Numbered from the stretch's first letter, positions 24,370 to 38,029 are shown. The stretch is DNA of 64,000 nucleotides from Raillietiella orientalis (GCA_036172245.1 JAYWIR010000019.1:868001-932000); one strand, 5' to 3'. Made by a program: numbers and translations. Notes: generated from the letters alone by a model not told the origin.

Positions 24370-25530
24370 TTGCTATAAGTACAGGCGTACGGAGGCGCCA
24401 GGTACCCCGAGAGGATTCTGTTCGAGGCTCGCAGAAACCTCGCCAAGCGGAAGCTGGGAGTGGGGCGCATCTGATAGTGGGAGACGTCCTCTTGCCGTTG
24501 GATTCCCTTCCGACCGCTCCAGGATCGAGGTCACGCTGGCATCCCGCGGGAAAAGGGCATTCGGTTACTATGCGTGGAGCCACCGGCTCAGCAGCCCCGG
24601 AGGTAGCCAAGCGAATTCCTCCGTGGCTGTACCATTCGCGTGCTGGAAGACGGGCACCAGACCGTGGGATCGGTTCGGCGGTTCTGGCTCGGAGTCGCTC
24701 GCGCCCTTTTCCCCCCCTCGGACGTCGAAGGCGCCCTCTTCTGTGCGAACTCTACATGCGTCTGCAGAATCGAATCCAAGGCCAGGGACGAGCGACACAC
24801 CCAGCTGCGTGGGGTAGTCCTCATACTTCACGAGTGAGGTCGGGAGCATGCGGCCACGGCCCCCCCAGGGCGGGCGGTTCACTCGTCCCCTTTGCGCAAG
24901 GAATTCTCACGGGAGACGCCTCTGCCGAAGAGGGTCTCCACTCGGGAACCGACGCGGGCCCGCGTCAGCTCCCGCGGCCTCCGCACGTGCAGGGTCGATG
25001 CCGAGAACGGGAGGGGCATCGTGGGTTTCGAGTCCTCCCCGCTGGTTGGCCTGTTCGAGCGCCGGTGGAAACCGGAAACCCCGGGTGCCCTCGAAGAGTG
25101 GCCGGGATTTGGAAGTCGACCCTCCAGGTCCCTTCCAGGAATCAAGAAGGGGATCCCTTCGCAGCTCTCCTCCGGTGGTGAAGATGGAGCCGTTACTATG
25201 GAGCGCCTTTATCGAATACCACTGAGTTGGTTAATTGATGCCTCTCCAGTGTCAAGAAGCGCGCTGCTCCCATCGGGAGCGACCCTCAGAGAAAATTAGG
25301 AAGTGTCTCTTCGGGATTCTCTTCAGAGGAGGAAACCAGGAGCACATCCCTTGCAGGTTCCCTCCGGGGATGACCAGGGCTAGGGTGACCTTCGGGTTCC
25401 CTACCAAGCAGACGGATTCCTTCCCCCGGAGCCTTCCTCTTTTTGGATTCGTAGGATGGTCCCTCCAGGGACACTCCTTACAACCTTGGGTGGCGCGGGC
25501 AGCGTCAAAGAACCTCATGAGCCCCTAGTC
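24370..25530 (-). mobile_element. Second diverged copy of the 16.7-19.9 kb Tx1-like family (RT/post-RT region)
   Basis: Colinear similarity: 25101-25190 vs 18280-18360 (ggaa-gtcgaccctcc.gg..ccttccagga) and 25355-25490 vs 18625-18755 (ctccttcccccggagccttcct). Confidence 0.75.
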
Positions 25531-26480
25531 GAACCAAAAGGGGAAAAAAAAACTGGAGGAAAAGAAGCGAAGCCGGAGTGCTCCAAAGGATTTTCACAGC
25601 CCCAGGCCAATAGTGATGATCTCCCCGTGAGGTAACTGCTGGCCTTTTCATGAGGAACGTATGCATCGGTCGAAGGTCAGAGGGAGGGAGGTCATCACTC
25701 GCGTCGGATGGACGTTTCCTCTTGTGGCCGTCTCATCCTCCGTTGGACAGCTCGAGGAGGGACAGGCTTCGCCGCAGGGCCGAATCCCTCGGTGCATCGG
25801 ATGATCTTGGTCCGGAAGAGGCGCCCAGCCTCCCTTTGAGCTGCAACCGGCCCCCGGTTACCTCGATGGAACCCGGATGCCAAGCCGCTCAACGTGATCG
25901 GGTTGCCTGGCAGACGGGTTCCTGAACCGTGGAGGGTGGACCCAAGGGAGGACCTACCCATCGTACAGACCCGGTTTCCGCTGATCTCACCAGAGGACTG
26001 CTGCAGGTCGCAGAAGACTGAGGTGAAATGGGTCCGTGGGGGGGAGAGAGCAGAAAATAGGTGGGGATGCGAGGAGCCCCCAACGGTATCACCTCGCCGT
26101 CAGAAGAAATTGGAATGCACGGGCTGATGGAGACCCAGTGACACACGCGGAGCGCCAGCGTCTCCTGGAAGCTCCACGGGCCCACGCAAGCTCATTCCGA
26201 CGTCGCACGCCTGTCGACATGGTTGCCATTGGTCACCACGTGCACACTGTAGAGTACTCCCGTCACAGTCGTAGGATGGCCAGGGTCCTACGTTACGCCT
26301 TCCAGTTCGCGCGGAAGAACACTGGCAACCCTGCCGGTTCCTGACCTCTCGCGCCGTCGGGTCGACTCTCCCACTGCATGCCAGTGCCCCAGCAGCCGCC
26401 CTCGGGGCGTCCCCTGAAGATGCAACAGCGAAGGGACGGGTGTCCCGGTCAGCAGAAGGAAGAAGCCGACGGCCGCGCGG

Positions 26481-27282
26481 CATTCGGCTCGCCTGCCGGA
26501 TGCGCAGGACGAGTCCCCATGGCGACTCCGCGGAGCACACGCACCGGAGCCCTCCGCCCACGTTCGCGAGGAACGCGCTCAGCAGCGGGGGTCCCGCCTA
26601 TCACGCAGCCGCAGGCCAGGTCTGCCCTCACGTTCCCGCCCGGATGCACTGAAGTCGCTGCCGCCGCCACGGGAATCGGCGAGCTTCCCCGCCGGCCTCC
26701 GAATGGGAACGCCCGGAAGCAGCGACCGCCGGCTGGACGCCAGCACCTTCCTGCAGGGGCACGTCGACCCGTCCCGACAGCAGCGACGACGGTGCCTCTG
26801 GGGCGAAGGCGTCTGTGTCAACTGTCGGCGCTGTTGCCTCTGGGACCCGCGGGGGCGGATCCGCTCGTTCGGAAATCCCGTGGGGACCCTCCGCTTCCCG
26901 ATCGGCGCCATCTCCACCCCCGCCTTTGCATCTCGCTGACCGGGGTGCGGGCGGAGGAAGGTCGCCGCTCCCCAGCGAGGGCAGCGCCCGATGATTGCTT
27001 CCTCTGCGTCATCCTGGCAACCCTGCCGCACGCCTTCCTCTCCCGCGGAAGGCAGTTTCGGGAAAGCAGACCCTTGGCAGGGGCTCGCGGGCTCTCCGCT
27101 GCTGTCCCGCGCCCGCGGGACCAGCGCGGAGCCGGTCGGTCATCTCTGGTATCCGTTGGCAACTGCGCGTCCTGGGCACATAGGACGTCTAGACGTCCCG
27201 ATCCGCGGAGGGCGGGACGCGGCGGGTCCTTCAGGAGATTGCGGGCCGACGGACTCGGACCCGCTGGATCCCAGTGGCCGGC
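26481..27282 (-). mobile_element. 3' part of an R1-like non-LTR element; near-identical to 44290-45091
   Basis: Direct repeat of about 800 bp. Degenerate C-terminal C-x2-CG...DDAE(E)AIIGRCPRW motif on the minus strand. Confidence 0.75.
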
Positions 27283-27450
27283 TCAATCTCTTCGCTCCTG
27301 CTGCCAAGCGTAGCGGATTCGAACCTCACCCGGGGAAGGATCGGTGCTGAGAAATGGGGGTGCGGCACAGGTGGAAGCCGGAAGCTCCCATTGATTGGCC
27401 GGGATTTTTCTCCGTTGCCACGGAAAGGAGCTCCGTGCGACTTTTTTTTT
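27283..27450 (-). mobile_element. Further fragment of the Tx1-like family (RT C-terminal part)
   Basis: gaaggatcggtgctgagaaatggg...ggtggaagccgga is similar to 18145-18290. Confidence 0.6.
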
Positions 27451-28475
27451 TTTTTTTCCTCTGGCGAAATTTTGGAGGTGGACGCGAAGGGAGGTGGTGG
27501 TGGCGGCAGGCCGGTCTCGGACGCAGCAGCGCCATCGGTTCAAGACGCCCTACGGTCAAGCAGCCACGGATGGTTTCAAGCGTTCTTCGGCAGTTTCGAG
27601 GCGGAGGACGGTCCAGCCACCCCAGCGGCCAACGAGAACCCAACGATGACGTCGAAGCCGGTGCAAAAACTGCTCCGTGAAGTGACCCCTCGAGTGCTCG
27701 GTGGTCACTCTCGGCGCACCGAAAACCGCGCCCGTCAAACTATCCTCGCCTCGCTCCCTGTCCCGAGAGCAAGGAGACGAGCGAGTTTCTGGCACGAAGA
27801 CACGTCGGAGCGTCCCCCCCTTCTCGCAGGACTCGCCACCTCCTGACCGTTCCCCATCCTCCAGAATGCAATGGAGGCTGAGGGGGCACCTATTCGACCC
27901 CGCCGACCAGTGCCGTGCAGATAGGTGTTTGAAGGAGATCCGTGCAAAGTACTACGCCAGTGCCATGCGGGAACCAGAATCCCGCGCCAAGCAGCGTGTA
28001 AAGCCAGATGGATCCCATTTTGGATAAATAAAATAAAAAAAAGAAAAGTTTGTTCCATGCCTTTCTTTTTTTTTCTCCTTCAATTGTTAATGATCTTACT
28101 GGTAAACCTATGGGTTGCACTGTATACCCGCAAGAACGTGCCTGCCGAAATAACAGATCAACTTGATTTGACCCGATTCCCGAGTTCCTTTGGCTCGTGG
28201 ACCAACAGTTCCTGCTGCTACACCGTTTTCATGATCATTCCAGATTCTTCCTCCATGTACTGTACGTACGGTCCGCATCGGTTGCGTGTATGAAGGTGCT
28301 GCGTGAGCGAAAAGGATGGTCTCCAGAACCCGGCAGCCCCTTGAGCGCAGGGCGCCTGTTCCGCTGCAAGGCAAGACTGTTCTCTCACGCGGAAAGGGTC
28401 ATTCCCGACGACCTTTTCACCTGCTCTCTACTCGCGGGATTCCCTGCAAAAGCGCTTGGGAGCGAGCAAAACATT

Positions 28476-28492
28476 CGCCCCCGGGTGGGATC

Positions 28493-28529
<37 letters not shown>

Positions 28530-28549
28530 GCCGATTGCGCCACGGAGGC
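28476..28549 (-). tRNA. tRNA-Asn (anticodon GTT)
   Basis: Minus strand GCCTCCG-TG-GCGC-AATCGGCTA-GCGC-G-TTCGG-CTGTTAA-CCGAA-AGGTT-GGTGG-TTCGATC-CCACC-CGGGGGC-G, with a T4 terminator at 28468-28471. Confidence 0.97.
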
Positions 28550-31017
28550 TACGTACGGAAACGCCGTTCCAGCGGTACATGTAAGTTGTTTCCCTCATCC
28601 GAGAAGCAGACGAGGCTGCGTGATGCTCGCAAGCACAATCTCGGCTTTCGGATGTGAATCCGGGCTGATGCTGAAGAATGTGCGCGGCAAACTTCGTGGA
28701 TCTGGAGAGAGTTCAGCATCCCGTTGCCCGAGCGCGTACATCGCAAGCTGACCCCCATACGCCGAGAACGACGGCAGGGACGGCGCAAGGAGGATAGGTG
28801 GGCAAAAGAGGAAAAACGGGTTGCCCCACTTTCAAACAAAAATGTGAAGCGAATGCAATCGTGTAATCAGCTAGCATTTTCAGATGAGTCTGACGATAAG
28901 AAAAGACATTTTCGGATGAGATTACTATTATTTTCAACTCCTTTCATCTGCTGATCGTCATTCCTTGAAAATAGAAGAACGTCGCTGAATAACGTGGTCC
29001 CGAAACGAAGTGGAAAATGACAACCCCGATGTCCTTTCAGCTGGATTTGAACGAAAAGTTTGAACGAAGGTACCTTCGTAGAAAAATTAAATAGCTGAGG
29101 GTCGATTCCATGCCTATGAACTTTTGAGTAATCCTGTTCCCATAACAAAGGTGGACATTTGACTAACGCATGCAATCTCGTAGGGAAATGTAAGTGGAAA
29201 TCGTATAATAATCCTAATCAGAAAACGCAGGCATTTTTTTTCTCAGTAGACCTTTTTTTATAGATGGAATAATTGATGAACTTTTCGATCCATGAGTGGA
29301 TGGCAATATCTGTAAAGTTTATCACGGCACAATGAAATCAATGTCTTTGTTGCTGTTACTTTGCTATAGCGTTAGATAAAAAGGAAATTTAAAATATTAG
29401 ATAGTCGGGATATTTTGGGGTGATCCGATACTTTTCAATCTTTCAAATGACTTTATGCCTGTTTTATCAGCACACCTAAAGCTTTGATTTTTTTTTTTTT
29501 TCTTTCCATACTCAATGGCTGCATATGAGGTGAACGTTCGTAGCACATCTCTTTTGCCGACTTACAGTCAACGATGATTTATTCTTAAATTCTTGGTTTG
29601 CATGCAGAATACACATTAGTGTTCAGAAGGTAAAACTGAGAAGTCTTTCCTGACACCCTCAATAGAACAAATAAATTGACTGTAGCACTTTTTTTAAAGC
29701 GTGATAACCTGGTAAAAGATATAGATCGAGTCTAATTTAGAATAGTTCATAGATATACGACTATTTGGACCAAGTAATTTTTTATTGAGATTCTTCTTTC
29801 GTATAGTTGCCATCGCATGAAGAAAATCTCAGGTTTTCTTTAAATAATTATGTCTCAAGAAAGAAAAAAACAGTTATATTCATAAACATGGAATGTCTAA
29901 ACAATGAATTCCATTCAGTTACCTCATAGCAATTTCAATTTCTTCAACTCGAGCTTCCCAAGAAAACATGTTACTGTTATTAGACGTTTGATGACAGTGT
30001 TCTTCAAGAGAAAACTGTTCTGTATTATGGTTTCTAGTGATAATTCTACAATTTCAAGCTGAGATTCGTTTTCATAAATGAAATTATAAAAGTCAAGTGT
30101 GGTTTCTATAATCCATTTTCCTTTCCTTTGAGATCTTCCGCTATTTTATGGAGCGTTTTTTGATCTTTCCACAGGGGAAGTTTTTCCAATTATGTTTCTT
30201 TGGTCACTAGAGGGCATGAAATGGGTCGATTGTGGTGGTTTTGGTCTAAAAGAACAGACAATTCTTCACAAAAAAAAAAAAAAAAACAGTACATTTGTGT
30301 AAAAGAACGATGCGGTTCATGAAAAATGAGTCTTTCAATTTCCTTTAGGGAGACTTTTCACTTCTGAGCACTGGTTGATTGATGCTTCAGTCAGGTGGTC
30401 ATGTAATGTCTTCGTCTTACTATCGATTAGTTGGTTACCAGTGTTCCTCTTGATAGGATTTTCAATTTTCTGGTGCAAACGATGGCACCTCAATGTCGCC
30501 TACGAACTACAGTCGGCAAACGGGATGCTCCTCACGTCTAAACGTCACGGGAATCTGATCTCGATCGATTCATTGATGTGCTGCTGTGTGGACCGTTGCA
30601 AAGGGACGAATCTTCCAGCCCGCACTGTGCTCGTTCGGAAGTTGTTAGCCAGCTGTCCTATCGGAACGGCTCGTTATAGAAAACGTACGTCCCATTTCGT
30701 AGCCAAGGCGGTTCGCTATAAGAAAAAAAAAAAAGAAAAAAAAAGAGAAGAAGAAAAAAAAAAAAAAGCTATGGAGGTTCCACGGACGAAGTGAATTATT
30801 CCTGCTGCTGCGAATATCGGCACCCTGGGAAACGTTGCCAGCACTTCTTCACAGATGTCTCTCGGGCGGCGAGTGCGTAACGTGGTGTCGCTGCTCGTGG
30901 TGTTTTGTCAGAGGGCTGACGTCCGCGAACGGCCGAGGAAATTTTGTGCTATCTTTCATCCTTCCTCCCACCCCATTTGTTCACGAGCCACAAATTGGAG
31001 TGATGTGGGAACGCATA

Positions 31018-31039
31018 TGTGTGTGTGTGTGTGTGTGTG
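31018..31039. repeat. (TG)11 microsatellite upstream of the eIF1A ATG
   Basis: Read directly from the sequence. Confidence 0.95.
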
Positions 31040-31267
31040 GTTTTTTTTGGTGGCCTTTGTGTGAAGTTGCGGTCGTGAAGTTTTGCATCCCCCCCCCCCT
31101 TTTTTTTTCTTCTTCTACGTTGAATTTTGGAGCACAGGGAATGTCGAAACTTTCATGTGGGTGCAGTGGTAACTTAAATTGCAGTGATTTTGTGGTGAAA
31201 GTGGAGATTCTTTTGTAACAAATCTTTCGTTTTTCCAGAAATTAGCAGGGTTTTTCTACAATAAGAT

Positions 31268-32566
31268 ATGCCAAAAAATAAAGGTAGGATTTACAAGAGC
31301 TTCCAAGAAATACATCCACACATCCGCAAATTAATGCGGATGTGTGGATGTTCATTGTAATTTTTTTTTTTTGTTCAAATCACGTATTCGCAACGCATGC
31401 CTGAAAGCTTTTTGTAAATGTTTTTGCTGGAACCACTTGGCTCGTGTTTCGAAATACAATTTAACATTAATAGTGGTACTCTTCAAAAATTTGCATTTTT
31501 CAATATTTCGTGTCTAGAGCATTTTTAAAAACTATAAAGCGTGAAGTGCGGTAAAAGTAAGCAGCCGCCATCATGTTTTAGTGCCTGTAAAATGATTTTA
31601 TAGAGGATGTGCTGAAATGATTTCCCGAATCGAAAAAGTAGAAATGATTTCAGTGCATTTACTTTGTAGCCATGAATGTGCACTCTTGAGTGTTCAAAAG
31701 ATACACGTGCAAAAGATTTCCTTAATGATTACAATGGCAGATCTGGAGAACCATTTACCGTTTCAATTTTGGTTACATGTACTTAAGCATAAATGCAGCT
31801 GGTGAGAAATTCGCGGATAAAAAGCAAAATGGGGTGTGTTGTGTTCTTTAATATGATTTTTTTGTTCGATTTTTGAATTCTTTAATTTCATACGCTGGAA
31901 ATAATGAGCTTCTCTTTGACAGTGTTTCTTGTCTTTGTTAATAGGAAAGGGAGGTAAAAATCGCAGAAGAGGGAAGAATGAAAATGAAACTGAAAAAAGG
32001 GAATTAGTTTTCAAAGAAGATGGACAAGGTGAGGTGAAGGTTTCATGGAAAAAGATCGCTGTCATGACAGATTATGTTTGTTGCAGAATATGCACAGGTT
32101 ACCAAAATGCTTGGCAATGGGCGTTTAGAAGCAATGTGCTTTGATGGAGTGAAACGGTTATGTCACATTCGAGGCAAATTGAGGAAAAAGGTGCGTTTTC
32201 CTAATGCAGAACAGTGTTTACTTTCATTCCCAGGTGTGGATCAACCAAGGTGACATTATCTTAGTGGGACTTCGTGACTATCAAGATGCCAAGGCAGATG
32301 TTATTTTGAAGTATAATGCAGATGAGGCAAGGAACCTGAAAACATATGGAGAAATTCCAGAATCAGGTTATTTGTGTTTCATTCTGTGGGAGGTCTTATT
32401 GTTTTTCAGCTAAAATTACGGACACTGTTACCTTTGTTGAGGATGGAATGGATGATGATATTAGCTTTGATGAAGATGTGTCTGATTATAGCAAAGAGGA
32501 AGAGGAGGACCGTGTATGTACATTTGTTTGTTGGTAGACATTGCTTATATTTGATTTCAGATCTAA
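31268..32566 (+). CDS. EIF1A: Eukaryotic translation initiation factor 1A
   Basis: Exons 31268-31283, 31945-32028, 32087-32190, 32234-32366, 32410-32513 and 32561-32566. They give [95 protein letters not shown]... with an acidic tail. Confidence 0.98.
31312..31351. repeat. Perfect 17-bp inverted repeat with 6-nt loop in an eIF1A intron
   Basis: ACATCCACACATCCGCA-aattaa-TGCGGATGTGTGGATGT. Confidence 0.95.
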
Positions 32567-35500
32567 TTACATCTTTTTCCATGGTTCACTCTTACCAGTA
32601 ATGTTATGTATAATTTTCAATGCTTGCTAGTTAGGTACTAAAGAGAAACTGATATCAGTAACTGTCCTTATATTTGGTGAAGTGAACAATGCTGGAATTG
32701 GATTGGCAATAGTAATTTGAACATGTATGATTATGAAAAGTTTACCTTGATTTTATATCAGTGAAATTATACTCCAAAATTGTATTTCATGATTGTTAAG
32801 ATTCCCAAGACTGACATGAAAAATAAACCATTTGTATGGATATCTTGTCTGGTTATGTGGGTACAATTTCTTAAGTGTTAGCAACATGTGTGTCTGATCA
32901 CAGTAAGTTGTTTAGATGTTTTAACAGGTTTGCCTTTTTTGAGTTATGCAATGTTCAGTTGTGTAAATAAATTTAATGGTTTACAGACAATTCTGAGGAT
33001 TAAGGAGTCCTATATCTGGGGAAAAGAGGTGCACAAATTACCTGATTCTATCTCTACAGGCATACAAGTGCTACATCTGATAAACTGCGACTAGTTTTCA
33101 GATTTATTTTCTTTTAAATGTCTTGTGTCATAGATTCATTTTTTTTTTTTTTTTTTTTTTTTTACTTAATTTAATGGAGTATCAGTTGTTAATTCGATTG
33201 CATTGGATGATCTACTGATCACAAGCAAGTATTACAGCAGTCCTGGAGGAGATGTTTGTTTTAATCTTTTGTCATAAATTCTTCAGGAAACTGGACCAAC
33301 ATACATATTGCACACCTAACAACATCAGACCATTAATTTCATAGTATTAGTGCTGTTTTCTACTTATTCTGATGTTGCAATCATTTAACATGTACTGATT
33401 TCAATTTTTGTGTAGAAACATTGTATGAGACAACACCAGGTAAACAAGCTCTTCAAAAGAATCTTAAAAGTACTTCCTTACAAGGAAAATGTTGTTGCAT
33501 TTCCTGAATTACAAATTGTCTGTGTTAGTGTCACTACCATAAGTTTGTATACATGAAGAAGCTTTTTGTATGTGGAAGGATACATCCTTCGATTTTTATT
33601 AATTTGAATTTTGTGACCACTTAGAAAGATTTCAGAGTGTGGTACGTGTATGTTACTATAAATTTGAATTTCAAGACTACAGATCGCATCTGACCATGGC
33701 TGAGAAATGGGCAGGCTCATACAAATTTTAAGGCCAATATAAATTATCAGAGTTTTAATGTTTGAGTGGGACACTTTTATGTTTAATCTTTGGTATCATT
33801 TCTTCAGTTTTCAATTAGCTTCACATTCCAAGTATACTATGGAAACAAGTACAAGAAACATGTTTTCGATGAAGCCCCACTAATTGCAGGTAAATGAAAT
33901 GAACTTGATGGTAAGTTATTTCTATGCATTTAAGTGAGAGGGTCCCACCAATTTTCTCAAATATGGCATAATGCTTAAATAGAAATTTGGACACAAACCC
34001 GCGCAATGCATCAGAATTTTCATCTTAGTGATTTCGAATTTCCAAAAAGCTTCCTAATTGTTTTTCACTCCTTTCACTGATTACCGTATGCAATTTCAAA
34101 CCATAAAACCAACCAATAGTGCTTTTTCCTAGCTCAGCCATTACGGAAAAAATTTTGATTTCTGTTTTCTGGGACATAATTTAAATTAAAATTTACATCA
34201 ATAACCAGAAATAATTTAAAGTCGATGTGTGCAGAGAGCACCTAGGGGACTCATCTCTGCAAGTGCTGTGTACAATTAGAGGCACGAAGCCTTACCGTAT
34301 TCTTTGAATTTCAAATCATTACATTTTTTTTCATTTTAATCTCCTACCAGAACTTGGTACAGTAAAATTTTTCTAAAGGTTTACAAAAGATTTGTTACAC
34401 CACTTCTCAGAGTGGAGACCAGCGCCCTTGTTTTCAAAACACGTGGGTAAACAAAACGATGTGGTGCCAGGGTCACTGTGGAGGGGGGAGGGGTCCTATT
34501 TGGTTTGGTCGAAAAGAATGCTACAGAACACTGGATCACATCGATCCTTGTAGCTGGGCAACTTCCTTCTGAAGAATTTTCTTTGGAAATAGATTTCCAC
34601 ACTGCTGATCGCGACAAAATTACAATCAAAGAAACCCTCAACTCACTGAAAGATACAGTCTGTACTTCGTGATGGACACCTACATTCATATGCACTTCTG
34701 TGAAAAATTGGATCAGAAGCATCTATCAGCCATGTTAATACCACAGAATCGGATGTTTTCGTACACTATCCCCTTGGCACAATTCTCGACAGGAAAATTC
34801 AGATCATTCTCCACGCTGTAGGCTCCATGCTAGATAGATTGGATTAGTTAATAGCAACAAGCAGAGTATTGCAGTTATTGCTGTTTAGTGGGAAAACTCC
34901 TTTGCATGTTTCTGAGAACATCTCCATTGTTTGAACGCAATGTATAATAAATATCGTTGTTTCACATGTATATTGTGTTTTCACTGGATTACATATTATG
35001 TGACTTTTGTAGGACGAATTATTGATGCTCAGCTTTACGATGCATTATGTAATAATGATACATAGCGTGCTTATATTATTATTGATGCTCTTTTTAATGA
35101 AAAATATTTAAGTTACATTCGGAATTAATATCATTATGAAAGAGAAGGTGCTCCTATTCATGAGCATTGCACCTCTTATTTATGAGCGTTTATGGAAACT
35201 CGTGGACCTATTCTGAGAGGATACAAAGATCATTTCACTGGCTTCTTTTTCTAACTGATGAAAGTGGAAGCGCAAATAGGAATTCCTATCTCACTTATTT
35301 TAGTAGGTCATTAAAATTTCGTTGCCCACTTCACATTTCCCTGTTTCTCTGTGTTTCGTCTGTACGGCATCAAGATGAAATCTTTGAGCCATCAAGCCTT
35401 TTTTCACTGAACACGAGTCGAGTATTAGTTGTAAAGAAGTTACCAAGACCTGACCACCTCGATGGCGATCCTGCAAAGATAGCGTAGAAGATCTTGGGAA

Positions 35501-36269
35501 AACAATCAAAACGCAATGATTACGAACATCCCTCATGCATTGACCAGTTCTTTTTTGCTTCAATGGAACGAAACCGCGAGCAAAGCAGAATGATTCACCA
35601 AGCAAAGGTGACACTGTGGGTACTTGGAAACCAACTTGCCAATACAAGATGCTGCTTTATTCTTCCTGGGATTATGGTGCAACAGCAGTCCCAGCAGTCC
35701 ACTCCATCTCTAGGAATAGTGGTAAAGAATGCTAACTTGTAACCTCCTCACTGGCTTTCGCTGCCTGTTTCTCGAGATGATACCTATTCACTGGCAGCCA
35801 GCAGATCCTTCCCCGAGGAAACGAACCTGTCCATGTACCTAACTTGCTTTTCTTTCTCTCGTTCGCGCGAGTGTTTTGCAAAAAAGAACAGAGAATGAGC
35901 GGTAGAGCTTTCCAGAGTAGTAACTCTCTTCCTCCTCATTTTGGCTGATGTACTCCTTGGCAAGCAATGCAACCCTTACAGTCCCTCTTTCAACTAATCG
36001 TAGCAACCGGGCGATCTGATAGCTGTTAGCGCACGAAGATGAGTCCTTAAGTTCTATCCCTTCCTCTTCCTCAGGGAGTGAAAGGGAAAGACGCACTTTT
36101 CCCCCTGCTGGTGGTGGATCGCTTCAGGGAAGTCCATTCCGATTCTGCAGAGAAGACGATGCTTCCTTTTCCTTTTCCTGGTTCACTTAAAACCGCTAAC
36201 CAGCAATCATGGACAGCCAAGCTTCTTTCGAAGAAAATTCTTGGGAGGAGTCCTTCACCAATGGCGCCA

Positions 36270-37500
36270 TTGGGATGTTAGCGCGTGGGGACGCCTTCTG
36301 CCGGGCGGGAATTTAGAACCGGGCAACCAGTCTTGAAGTCTCGAGATGGAAACCACCACTCCGGAGGTGCGGTTGTCGATACCGCCGTCATGCTTCTCTC
36401 CGCCTGCTGGTGACATGTGTTGCCCTGAGGACATGGTGGCTGGAACGTTTCCCTGTGTCCCTTCCGCTCGCAATGGAGGACCCAGCAAACATTACGGGAG
36501 ATTGCAAGAAACAGTAGCTTCTTTCACTTTTTTTTTCTTCTTTCTGAAACCTTCCTTTTCTTCTGGAAAAATTTGACGACCCGACGGACCTGGCCTGAAA
36601 AGTGCCGCCGCCAGTCTTGGTTGTTCGACCCTTTGCCGAACACCTGGGACGGAATGACCACACCTAACGGACCTACTGGATGGAGCCTGTCCCCACTCGG
36701 ACCGTGCAGCGAGTGTTTGAACCTCTCAAGCTGGAGGAGGTGGAGGAAATCAGAAGGGACGTGCTGGTGGCGATCCCATGCCGCCGGTGTTTCCCGAAAG
36801 ATCAGGAAGCTGCTCAGACCGTCTCCGCGGAATCTTCGAGCGGGATCTTCTGATGAACCGCAACAGATGTCAGCGCGCGTCCTCCAGTCCGTCTCGATGG
36901 CTTCCGGAAACCGGTGGAGCAGGAGGCAAGAACACAGCTCTCCTCGTTGCCGGTTGCCTTCTTCTGTTCCGTGCTTCTTTTTTTTTTTTTGCGCTACCTC
37001 TCCAACGCTCCTTTTTTTTTTTGTTTTTGCACGGTGGTGGCCGTGGGAGGGAGGAGCGGTCCTCGCCTGGAAATTCTTTGCTCGTTCCTGCGGAACCTTC
37101 CGGCGCGCCTGCCTCAGAGCGACCTCCACCCCATGCCTGGGGGCAGTGCTTCTTGAGAGTATCCTGCTGCTGCTCGCCTCGGCCAAGGCTTCGCTGGGCA
37201 GCAGACATGTCGGGCAAGCGGACCTAGGACCTAGAACCCGGTACGTCCCGCGTGCGGCATGACATTATGCGGCTCCTGGGAAAACCCGCGGATTCTGAGA
37301 AGGAGAACGGGCTGAGCTCGGGGAATTCGCCCTTCGCGAACGGTCACCCTCGGGCGAAAACGGGAGGCGAATTGACGCCGTGGAAACCGGAACGGAGCTC
37401 AGCGTTCTGAGGTCGTCTCGACAGCGTAGGAAATTGCCGCTGACGACCTCTCCGGTCCATTTCATAGAGAATCGCGTTGCCTCCCCCCCACCTATCTTTA
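36270..37500 (-). mobile_element. Degenerate L1/Tx1-like reverse transcriptase fragment
   Basis: GNRQRGELCSCLL (~GxRQGCPLSPLL), FRGDGL (~YADD) and PLGVVI (~YLGV) in the correct order and spacing. Confidence 0.5.
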
Positions 37501-38029
37501 ATCACACCTCCACGATCCGCCCTCTTTCTCGACGTTCGTGAACAGGGTGAGAAGTCGGAAAAACCTTCCATCAAAGCTGCCGCGAGATGACCCCTCTCGG
37601 ACCTGCAGGTGGAAGAAGCGATCGCCTTGGTAGCAGCGCGGATGAATAAGCACGGCGAGGACAACCTTTCGGAAGCGCCCTCCTTACCCGCTCCCTTGGG
37701 ACGGACCCTTCTGGAGTTTCCTTCCAAGACAAAGAATCACGCTCTTCATCTCAGTCCTTTGGGCTCCTGCCTCAGCAACCGTCCGGAGACGTCTTGCCGA
37801 ACAGGGCCGCGCGTGCTTTTCCCAGGTTGCCATCGCTGTTGCTACCACAGGAGAAGAACGGAAGAAGGGCCCCTCCATCCACGGGAAGGGAGCAATGAAG
37901 GCTGTCCTGCACCCAATCTGTTTGGAGGGAACTTTGAGCCGCGTCGAGTGCTCCTGCCCTCTGTTCGCGAGATCCCGAACGAATCCATACGGCCCCTCCC
38001 GCCGGTTGGTGTGAGACAGATGGCTCGCG

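Noticed and set aside
34381..36100. ORFs downstream of eIF1A as a host gene
   Set aside because: No consistent exon chain was found, and the faint RT-like words are too degraded to call.
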